The notes under the pieces: generated by a model
Told to the model about the DNA's origin: nothing
The model's database searches: none
The model's input: the letters and a program-made list of their open reading frames with translations, nothing else
Assembly: GCA_016125375.1 (NCBI GenBank)
Contig: WGLU01000003.1
Span: 36,954 to 100,953, forward strand
Direction: 5' to 3'
DNA from: Pseudomonadota bacterium
GTDB taxonomy: Bacteria; Pseudomonadota; Alphaproteobacteria; UBA1280; RI-95
DNA length: 64,000 nucleotides
In this document: piece by piece, positions 37,439 to 44,955 of the stretch
How positions within the stretch are numbered: position 1 is the stretch's first letter
Layout of the letters: each line of letters opens with the position of its first letter
Made by a program: the position numbers and the translations under genes

Positions 37439-38368
37439 ATGACTTTCGACCTCGACCGCCATGTGCGGTACCACCGTGTGCGCACGGTGTTTCTGTGCGT
37501 GACCTTCCTGCTGACCATTGCGGCGACCATTGCCACACTGGCGGGTTGGCACGGGCTGCTCTACGATCCCAACGAGAAGCAGGGCCTTGTGGCCTGGCTG
37601 ATGGACGGCGACAAGCTGTTCTGGATTCTGGGTATCGTGGCGATTGGCCAGTACGCCATCCGCAACGCGATGGGGCGGCAGCTGCTCAAGCAGCAGGCCC
37701 ACCCGCGGGAGTACCCCGAGCTGTATGCCATGCTCGATGACCTGAGCCGCAAGGCCGGCCTCAAGCGCCGCCCGCGCTTGTGTGTCGTCAGCGGTCGGCA
37801 GGCCAACGCCTTCGCGTTTGGCTTGTCAGAACGTCTGGGTGCGGTGGTGCTGAACCACGGCATTCTGTACCGGCTGACGCCGGAGCAGATCCACGCGGTG
37901 ATGGCGCATGAGATGACCCACCTCACCAACCGTGACAGCAAGCTGTTTGCCGTGCTGGATACGCTGTTGGGTGTGTTGGGCTTTCAGGCCAAGATCACGA
38001 GCCTTCTGCTGACGTTCACGCTGGTGCTGATGTTCATTTCCAACACGCCGTGGACCGACCTGACGTTCATCGTCGGTGCGATGGTGATTCTGGGTGTGGG
38101 TCGGCTGATTGCCGCCATGCAACGGAACGTCATCTCCCAGTCGCGGGAATACCTCGCCGACGCGGGGGCGATTCGCCTGCTGGGCAATGGTGGCCAACTG
38201 GCGCTCGCGCTGCACCACATCGGCCTGGTACACGGCGATATCCTGACCCGGAATCAGCGTGGCGGCCTGCTGGACTTCATCCTGCACTGCCTGCGGACTC
38301 ACCCGCCGACCCGCAAGCGCATGTTTGTGCTGCTGGGCGGACAGGAGCCGTACTTCGGCATGTTCTGA
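37439..38368 (+). CDS. M48-family membrane zinc metalloprotease (HtpX-like)
   Basis: 'HEMTHL' HExxH motif flanked by multiple TM helices. Confidence 0.65.
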   Translation: MTFDLDRHVRYHRVRTVFLCVTFLLTIAATIATLAGWHGLLYDPNEKQGLVAWLMDGDKLFWILGIVAIGQYAIRNAMGRQLLKQQAHPREYPELYAMLDDLSRKAGLKRRPRLCVVSGRQANAFAFGLSERLGAVVLNHGILYRLTPEQIHAVMAHEMTHLTNRDSKLFAVLDTLLGVLGFQAKITSLLLTFTLVLMFISNTPWTDLTFIVGAMVILGVGRLIAAMQRNVISQSREYLADAGAIRLLGNGGQLALALHHIGLVHGDILTRNQRGGLLDFILHCLRTHPPTRKRMFVLLGGQEPYFGMF

Positions 38369-38381
38369 ACTACCCAAGCGT

Positions 38382-38417
38382 TTGCCATCCCCGTTTACGG
38401 GGATGGCGTTTTTTTTG
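38382..38417 (+). terminator. rho-independent terminator after the M48 protease gene
   Basis: gccatcccc-gtttac-ggggatggc followed by T8. Confidence 0.75.
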
Positions 38418-38476
38418 TTGTGATGAAGGATGATTAGGGGTTATGTAGTCCAAGACCCTATAGAGGATGAGGATAA

Positions 38477-39334
38477 ATGATGAACCAGAATGACATTACG
38501 CATACCGATAACGGCGCCTATTATGACCGCCGCCCGTCGTTTGTTTTTCGCCTTGTTCCGCAGGGTGCCCTGCACACCGGGCTGTGGGAAAGCGGCACCT
38601 GGAATCAGGTACAGGCTGTGCGTAACACCGACCGTCTGGTTGAAACGCTGCTAGACCTCAAAAGTGGTGAAGCTGTTCTGGATGCCGGATGCGGCACGGG
38701 CAGTACGGCTGTTTATCTGGCAGAACGTCATAATGTACACATTACCGGTATTACGCTGGCTGAAAAGCTGGTTGGTGTCTGCCGCATTTTTGCCAATCGT
38801 TCCAAGGCTGCCAAGCGCCTGAAGTTTGCACTGGCCGACTATACTGCGACCGATTTTGCGGATAACTCTTTCGATAAAGTCTATGCGCTGGAAAGCCAGT
38901 CCTACGCGCCGGATAAAACCGCCTTCCTGAAAGAGGCTTTCCGTGTGCTCAAGCCGGGCGGCAAACTGGTCGTTGTGGAGTACTTCAAGCGTTCCGACAA
39001 TCTGGATACAGAAGCCAAATCCGCCTACGACCGTATGGTTGCAGGTCTGCATATGCATAGTTTGGTCACTGCAAAAACCTACCAGAAGCAACTGGCTGAT
39101 GCCGGTTTTGGGACAGTAGAAATGGTCGACAAAACGACCAAGGTGCTGCCATCCGGTTTTTCGTGGACGATGTACGGCCTGTGCACCTTGCCGGTTTTCC
39201 GCCTGGCGGAGCTGATTGGTGTGATTGAGAAAGACGGCATGGTCCGTCAGGCCAGCGGTTGTGCCGCCATGTATCCGGCCTTCCGCCACGCAGTTGATTA
39301 TATGTCGGTAACGGCTGTCAAACCTGCCAAATAA
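38477..39334 (+). CDS. class I SAM-dependent methyltransferase (sterol/CFA-synthase-like)
   Basis: 'VLDAGCGTGSTAVYLA' motif I and 'LKPGGKLVV' motif. Appears AT-richer than its neighbours. Confidence 0.6.
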   Translation: MMNQNDITHTDNGAYYDRRPSFVFRLVPQGALHTGLWESGTWNQVQAVRNTDRLVETLLDLKSGEAVLDAGCGTGSTAVYLAERHNVHITGITLAEKLVGVCRIFANRSKAAKRLKFALADYTATDFADNSFDKVYALESQSYAPDKTAFLKEAFRVLKPGGKLVVVEYFKRSDNLDTEAKSAYDRMVAGLHMHSLVTAKTYQKQLADAGFGTVEMVDKTTKVLPSGFSWTMYGLCTLPVFRLAELIGVIEKDGMVRQASGCAAMYPAFRHAVDYMSVTAVKPAK

Positions 39335-39340
39335 GCAGGG

Positions 39341-39740
39341 CTAGTCAAACGCCTCATCTGTCATCAGGGTCCATGTCGATGTTGATATGGGCCCTGTTGG
39401 CGTTTGGCTGTTGTAGACGTAGTACTCCAGCTTGACCAGAGATCCTGCCACCAGCTTATTGAGTGCGCGGCGGGAATGGGAATAGATGATGGCATCAGGC
39501 GCCGCGCCAATCGACAGACCGCAGGTTTTATCGGCCGCTTTATTGATACCGTCCCGCCAATTGATGTGGAGAATCTCCAGCTGTGCGGGGCGGTTTTTTT
39601 CGCGGTCGTTAATACTGGTCAGGAACTTGATGACGCGTGCTTCTACAAGGCATTGAGTCCACGTTGCGTTGGTGTCCTGCGCGTAGGCGCCGAGCGGTGT
39701 GCAGACGGCAAGCAGGCAGACAAACAGGGGCAGGAAAGGC
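39341..39740 (-). CDS. questionable ORF for an exported protein with no canonical start (the six-frame start lies inside tRNA-Gly)
   Basis: Signal-like 'FLPLFVCLLAVCTPLGAYAQ' begins immediately after the tRNA. There is no ATG/GTG/TTG between the tRNA and this segment. May be a gene remnant or spurious. Confidence 0.2.
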
Positions 39741-39815
39741 TGGAGCGGGTGAAGGGAGTCGAACCCTCCTCTTGAGCTTGGGAAGCTCACATAATAACCA
39801 CTATACGACACCCGC
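39741..39815 (-). tRNA. tRNA-Gly (anticodon CCC), CCA encoded
   Basis: Reverse complement: GCGGGTGTCGTATAGTGGTTATTATGTGAGCTTCCCAAGCTCAAGAGGAGGGTTCGACTCCCTTCACCCGCTCCA. 7-bp acceptor stem. Anticodon stem TGAGC/GCTCA with loop TTCCCAA. Confidence 0.85.
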
Positions 39816-39871
39816 ACGGCTCCGTTTATAACTCAGTTTATATGCCCGCACAAGGGGCGCCTCAGGGTGGA

Positions 39872-41428
39872 TTAGTCTTTCCACTCGTCAAACTTGCCCA
39901 CAAAAGCAGGGTCTTTGAAGTACATGATTTTCTCGGCAATGACGGGGCGCATCCCCTGTACAAAAATCAGCTGGCTGTCGAACGGCATGGTCATGATTTC
40001 GTCCGGCGTCATCAGCGCGCGGGAGGTCTCGGAGAAGTTGGCACTGCTGCCGCTATCCGATAGCCCCGTGCTTTTGACACGGATTGTGGCCTGACCCAAC
40101 ATGTCGGAGAGGACTTTGGCCGTATCCACATCGTTGGTACCGAAAGCGCAGCGGACGGAACAGTTGGCGAGGAAGCTTTCCCACTTGTCTTTGTAGGTGT
40201 TTTTCAGCTGGCTGAGGTCCTGAATGAAAGTCCAGATGGTCACGCCGTAACCTGCCAGATAGCCAAGGCCCATTTCGATGGGCTTCATGTAGCCGAGGGC
40301 GGGAAACTCGTCCACCAGGAACAAGACAGGGCTTGCAGGCTTGCCTTTGGTCTTGGTCATGGCTGCAAGCGACAAGCCCACCATCAGGCGGATGAGGGGC
40401 TGGTACACGTCCAGATATTCCGGCGGAATGATAATGTACAGCGACGTCGGTTCTTTTTTTATGTCGGCCAGCTGAAAGTCGGAACGGCTGGTGATGCCTT
40501 GCAGGCGCGGGCTGTCCCAAACGGCGGTTTTACTGCGTGCTGTGGAAAGAATGCTGGCCATAACTTTGGCTTCGGTTGCCGACAGGGCGGCGCCAAACTT
40601 GCGCACGTGCTCGTTCTTGGACTTGGTCATTTCCTTGATGGTGAAATTGAAGTCGTCCTTGGATTGCATAATCAGGTAGCGGACTTCGCCAAGGTTACGC
40701 AGCACCGGTGGGCGGCTGGTGGCAACGTGCAGAATCAGGCCCGTATAGAGGTTCTTTGCCTCTCGGTCCCAGAAGGGGTCGCTGCCGCCTTCCTCAGGAA
40801 TCAGCATGTCTGCAATCAGGGCCACATCATCCAGTTCGTCCGGTGTGCCGAGGCGAATAAAGTCGATGGGGTTGTAATGGCTGCTGAAGTCGTGGAACGG
40901 GGCAAAGGTAAAAACCTTGTTGAACTTGCGCCGTTCGCGCTGGCTTACAGCGTAGTTCTCGCCCTTGATGTCGTTCACCACGACTGAACCCGGGTGGGTC
41001 AACAGGTTGGGAATAACGTGGCCCACACCTTTACCGGAACGGGTTGGAGCAAAAGTAATGATGTGACCGGGCTTGTTGAAGCGGATGAACTTGCCGTCAA
41101 ACTTGCCGACAATAAAACCGGTCTCACCGGCCATGCCAGCTGTTTTGAGGTCGTTCATCAGAGCGAAGCCGGCACTCCCGTGGGAGGCGGGTTTACGGCC
41201 CAGAATGCGCTGCCAGATACTGAGGTTCTGGAGTTTGCGACTGCGCTTGAGCTGGTCACGGTAGCCTGATTTTTCTTCGGCGAGTTTCCAGGCAATGCCC
41301 AAAGTAACGGCGGCAATGAGAATCAGCCCTTCAAAGGGCAACTTACCGGCGTCGGCAAGGACAAGCGTAATGGCGGCTGCCACGATGTACAGGCCAATAT
41401 GCTTGATGGTGAACAGATTCTTTTTCAT
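39872..41428 (-). CDS. type IV secretion coupling protein-like ATPase (VirD4/TraG/TraD family), orphan
   Basis: Two N-terminal TM helices. 'HGSAGFALMNDL' (compare VirD4 HGSARWA), Walker A 'APTRSGKGVG', 'VVNDIKGENY', Walker B 'LFLVDEFPALG'. 518 aa. Confidence 0.75.
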   Translation of the reverse strand: MKKNLFTIKHIGLYIVAAAITLVLADAGKLPFEGLILIAAVTLGIAWKLAEEKSGYRDQLKRSRKLQNLSIWQRILGRKPASHGSAGFALMNDLKTAGMAGETGFIVGKFDGKFIRFNKPGHIITFAPTRSGKGVGHVIPNLLTHPGSVVVNDIKGENYAVSQRERRKFNKVFTFAPFHDFSSHYNPIDFIRLGTPDELDDVALIADMLIPEEGGSDPFWDREAKNLYTGLILHVATSRPPVLRNLGEVRYLIMQSKDDFNFTIKEMTKSKNEHVRKFGAALSATEAKVMASILSTARSKTAVWDSPRLQGITSRSDFQLADIKKEPTSLYIIIPPEYLDVYQPLIRLMVGLSLAAMTKTKGKPASPVLFLVDEFPALGYMKPIEMGLGYLAGYGVTIWTFIQDLSQLKNTYKDKWESFLANCSVRCAFGTNDVDTAKVLSDMLGQATIRVKSTGLSDSGSSANFSETSRALMTPDEIMTMPFDSQLIFVQGMRPVIAEKIMYFKDPAFVGKFDEWKD

Positions 41429-41474
41429 AAGCGCTTGTTTTTGTTGTTGGGCTTAGAGCAGAGTAACCTGTTTT

Positions 41475-42023
41475 TCAGCTCGCCTCCAGCGTGTTCTGGA
41501 CGTAAGCCTTCAGGACATCTTTCAGCACCTTGGCGTCACCCTTGGCGCTACGGAAGGCAGCGTCCTCAATAACCTGATGGCAACTGACAGGGTTGCTGGC
41601 ATCAATGTCGAGCATGTCCGTGGTTGGGGCAAACTCTATAATGAAAGTTGCATATTCGCCGATATACAGGCGGTACTCGTTCTTGCGGTAATAGCGGTCT
41701 TTCTCGTTCTTGCGGTTCTCGATGCGGGTCATTTTAGCCTGTGGGGCCAGTTCATCCCCGTGGACGGACATCAAGAGCAATAAATAACGGTCCCGTGCAG
41801 AAATCAGCTCCGGGTCAATTTCGGGCATGAGGCCAAGCTCTTCGTAGGGAAAATCTTCCTGCGAGAGGGCGAACTTTTTCATGTCCATGTGGGTTTTGAC
41901 CGAGTACCCAAGCTGGTCGGCCATCTCCCACTTCTCTTTGAGAGTGAGAACGTGGTTGTCGTACATCTTAAAATTTATTGTTGTTCTATTTAAGTTGTAC
42001 CCTGTTTCAGTCAAATGCAGCAA
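41475..42023 (-). CDS. hypothetical protein (182 aa), AT-richer, co-oriented with the T4CP-like gene
   Basis: No recognised motifs. Non-ATG start in the ORF track, with a possible internal start at 'MYDNHVLTLKEKW'. Overlaps the upstream small gene by about 17 nt. Confidence 0.4.
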   Translation of the reverse strand: MLHLTETGYNLNRTTINFKMYDNHVLTLKEKWEMADQLGYSVKTHMDMKKFALSQEDFPYEELGLMPEIDPELISARDRYLLLLMSVHGDELAPQAKMTRIENRKNEKDRYYRKNEYRLYIGEYATFIIEFAPTTDMLDIDASNPVSCHQVIEDAAFRSAKGDAKVLKDVLKAYVQNTLEAS

Positions 42024-42303
42024 CGACTTTCGCCTTTCCCTGGGCTGCCAACTTGGTAAACTGGCGGAAAGGCTCCTGACCTAACAGGTTCATGGCGGCA
42101 CGGCCTGTGCGCTGGCCCATTTGGGCGCTGCGGACTTCAGGATGTTCGCGCATGTCTATGATACGGCCGCGGTCGCGGGCGTCTTCGGCACGGGCATCCG
42201 CCGGTCTTGCTGCGGCACGAGCCTCGTCTGGCTGACGGGCATCTTCGGCACGGGCTTCTTCAAAAGCCTCGTCGCGCGGATCGATAGTGCGTGCGTCTTT
42301 CAT
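42007..42303 (-). CDS. small (98 aa) hypothetical protein with tandem 'ARAEDAR'-type repeats
   Basis: Start at 'MKDARTIDP' preceded by an 'AGGGGAAAG' RBS. Repeats: EEARAEDAR / DEARAAAR / ADARAEDAR. Confidence 0.45.
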   Translation of the reverse strand: MKDARTIDPRDEAFEEARAEDARQPDEARAAARPADARAEDARDRGRIIDMREHPEVRSAQMGQRTGRAAMNLLGQEPFRQFTKLAAQGKAKVVAAFD

Positions 42304-42485
42304 ATGTTTCTTTCCCCTGTTTCTCGTTACATAGACTTCTGTAACGAGCAACCAGCCAAAAAACTGACATGTGTCCATATGTTTGGTTGCAAATGGTCAG
42401 TTGTCTGTTTTCGGGCGGTCTTATCCCAAAACTATTAAAAGGATATGTGGCGGGCAGATGGCGCTTTCAAGGGGGATTTGACAGA

Positions 42486-42514
42486 ATAAAAAGCCCCGCC
42501 GGATAGCGGGGCTT
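42486..42514 (-). terminator. rho-independent terminator downstream of trxB
   Basis: agccccgc-tatccg-gcggggct followed by T5 on the minus strand. Confidence 0.7.
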
Positions 42515-42538
42515 GCAGGTGTCTATTCAAAATGACTG

Positions 42539-43498
42539 TCAGGCGTGTCCCTGTGCTTCCAGCCAGCGGTTTGCATCCAGTGCAGCCATGCAGCCCAAAC
42601 CAGCTGCTGTAACGGCCTGACGGTACACGCTGTCGGCCACGTCACCTGCGGCAAACACACCGTCGATTTTAGTGGTGACCTTACCGGCTGGCACAATCAG
42701 GTAGCCATGGTCGTCCATGTCCAGCATGCCTTTGAACAGGTCAGTGTTGGGTTTGTGGCCGATGGCGATAAAAACACCTGTTACGGTAATGTCGGTCACT
42801 TTGTCGGTTTTAATGTTGCGCACTTTGGCGTGGGTGACACCACCCGGTGCCGCGTCACCGCAGACCTCGTCCACCACACTGTCCCACAGAACGGTGATTT
42901 TTTCGTGTTTGGCGATACGGTCCTGCAAAATCTTCTCTCCGCGGAACTGGTCGCGGCGGTGAACAACAGTCACGCTTTTGCACATGTTGGCCAGATAAAG
43001 AGCCTCTTCCATCGCAGTGTTGCCACCGCCGACAACCAGAACGTCCTGATTGCGGAAGAATGCGCCGTCGCATGTTGCGCAGGCGGAAACCCCACGGCCC
43101 GAGAATGTCTGTTCCGACGGCAACCCCAACCATTTGGCGGAGGCGCCAGTGGCGATAATCAGGGCGTCACAGGTGTAGATCGTGCCGCTGTCGCCGATCA
43201 GTCTGAACGGGCGCTGGTTCAGCTCTGCCTTGCTGATGTGGTCATATTCAATCTGCACACCGCAGTGTTCTGCCTGTTTATGCATTTGTTCCATCAGCCA
43301 GGGGCCCTGTACGCCCTCGGCAAAACCGGGGTAGTTTTCCACGTCGGTGGTAATGGTCAGCTGGCCGCCGGGCTGAATGCCGTGCACCATCATCGGTGCC
43401 AGGCCGGCGCGGGCGGCGTAAATGGCGGCGGTGCATCCGGCGGGGCCGGATCCCAGAACAAGAACTTTGCTGTGTTTTGTTTGGCTCATGGGCGGCAT
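42539..43498 (-). CDS. trxB: thioredoxin-disulfide reductase
   Basis: 'KVLVLGSGPAGCTAAIYAARA' FAD site and 'CATCDG' redox-active disulfide. Confidence 0.9.
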   Translation of the reverse strand: MPPMSQTKHSKVLVLGSGPAGCTAAIYAARAGLAPMMVHGIQPGGQLTITTDVENYPGFAEGVQGPWLMEQMHKQAEHCGVQIEYDHISKAELNQRPFRLIGDSGTIYTCDALIIATGASAKWLGLPSEQTFSGRGVSACATCDGAFFRNQDVLVVGGGNTAMEEALYLANMCKSVTVVHRRDQFRGEKILQDRIAKHEKITVLWDSVVDEVCGDAAPGGVTHAKVRNIKTDKVTDITVTGVFIAIGHKPNTDLFKGMLDMDDHGYLIVPAGKVTTKIDGVFAAGDVADSVYRQAVTAAGLGCMAALDANRWLEAQGHA

Positions 43499-43563
43499 AT
43501 TCCTGCATATTACGAGAAAGGTCAGACAGATAAGGAATATGCCATACGGGTGTTTTTCCGCAA

Positions 43564-43596
43564 TAAAAAATGGTCACCCCCGTGGGGGTGACCTTA
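43564..43596 (-). terminator. rho-independent terminator downstream of the cell-wall hydrolase gene
   Basis: ggtcaccccc-acg-ggggtgacc followed by T6 on the minus strand. Confidence 0.7.
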
Positions 43597-43611
43597 CGCT
43601 TGTGGGTATAT

Positions 43612-44094
43612 TTATTCGTCGGCGTAGAAGATATGTTCACCGACTTGAGTGACGCGTTCGAGATGACGCTCGAACCACCGTCGTGTTTTCCCACCCACCG
43701 AAGCGGCGTGGTAGTACAGGATATCATCATTGGTCCACACACCCGAACGGGAGATGGAACCACTGATAAGACCCTGTGCAATACGACGGGCCTCACGCCA
43801 GGCATCACCTTGCGGCGCATGATTGCGCACCGCAGTCCAGCTGAACTGGACACCGTGTTTCTTGTCCTTGACAACACCGCACACCGTGCGGGGGAAGTCG
43901 TGGCTGGCAACACGGTTCATGGTCACCCAACCCACAGCAGTCATGCCGTCAACTCCTTCGCCGCGGGCCTCGTAATAGATGTTACGGGCCAGACAGTCGA
44001 TGGAAGATGCGTCGGCAGACGCAGGGGTGAAGCAAGCCAGAACGGCGATGAGAGTAAGCGTGAAAACGCCAAGGATATGACGGACAGATGTCAT
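43612..44094 (-). CDS. cell wall hydrolase, SleB/Hydrolase_2 family
   Basis: Signal peptide then 'CLARNIYYEARGEGVDGMTAVGWVTMNRV' SleB-family core. Confidence 0.65.
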   Translation of the reverse strand: MTSVRHILGVFTLTLIAVLACFTPASADASSIDCLARNIYYEARGEGVDGMTAVGWVTMNRVASHDFPRTVCGVVKDKKHGVQFSWTAVRNHAPQGDAWREARRIAQGLISGSISRSGVWTNDDILYYHAASVGGKTRRWFERHLERVTQVGEHIFYADE

Positions 44095-44294
44095 ACAGTG
44101 CCTCTTGAGATAAACGGAAAGAAAGATCACCCAATAAGGGTTCACGGTTTTTATATGGTTTCAGCCTGCTAGGCAGACAACCATTTTTTTACGCGAGAGT
44201 TTATTTTCCCTACGAAAAATAGGTGAATCGCGCTCTGGAGAAGGTGTTATACTGCTCGGCGACTTTAACCAAGTTCAACAAAGAGGACGCTGTC

Positions 44295-44906
44295 ATGACT
44301 TTCATGGTTGGCCATAAATTCCCGGACGTAAAATTGCAAACCGTCATGGGCAACGGCGAGATTAAACAGGTTTCCGTGACCGAACACGCCAAAGGCAAAT
44401 ATGCCGTCGTATTTTTCTACCCGCTGGACTTTACCTTTGTCTGCCCGACCGAGATTCTGGCTTTTGACAAAGCGCATGACGAGTTCAAAAAGCGTGGTGT
44501 CGAGCTGTTTGGCGCATCTGTAGACTCGCAGTTCTCTCACTTCGCCTGGCGCGAAACATCGCTCGAAAAAGGCGGTATCGGCCCGGTAAAATTCCCGCTG
44601 CTGGCTGATCTGGAGCGTAAACTGTCCTCCGAGCTGGGCATCCTGACCGGTGGTGTGACCTTCCGCGCCTCCTACCTGATCGACAAAAAAGGCGTTGTTC
44701 GCCATATGGTTATTAACGACCTGCCGCTGGGCCGTAGTGTGGACGAAATGCTGCGTATGGTTGATGCGCTGCAGTTCCACGAAGAGCATGGCGAAGTTTG
44801 CCCTGCCAACTGGCACAAAGGTGACGAGGCCATCAAGCCGACATCTGCCAGCACAGGCGCATACCTTGCCAAAAAGCACGGCGCTAAAAAGGGCGCTGCC
44901 GCTTAA
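44295..44906 (+). CDS. typical 2-Cys peroxiredoxin (AhpC/Prx1 family)
   Basis: RBS AAGAGGA then 'MTFMVGHKFPD'. Peroxidatic 'FTFVCPTE' and resolving 'EVCPANW' cysteines. Confidence 0.85.
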   Translation: MTFMVGHKFPDVKLQTVMGNGEIKQVSVTEHAKGKYAVVFFYPLDFTFVCPTEILAFDKAHDEFKKRGVELFGASVDSQFSHFAWRETSLEKGGIGPVKFPLLADLERKLSSELGILTGGVTFRASYLIDKKGVVRHMVINDLPLGRSVDEMLRMVDALQFHEEHGEVCPANWHKGDEAIKPTSASTGAYLAKKHGAKKGAAA

Positions 44907-44925
44907 GGTAGGTTGCTTCTTAAGG

Positions 44926-44955
44926 AAAACGGGCGCATCGGCGCCCGTTTTTTAT
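44926..44955. terminator. bidirectional terminator (peroxiredoxin / histidine kinase)
   Basis: aacgggcgc-atcg-gcgcccgtt followed by T5. Confidence 0.7.
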
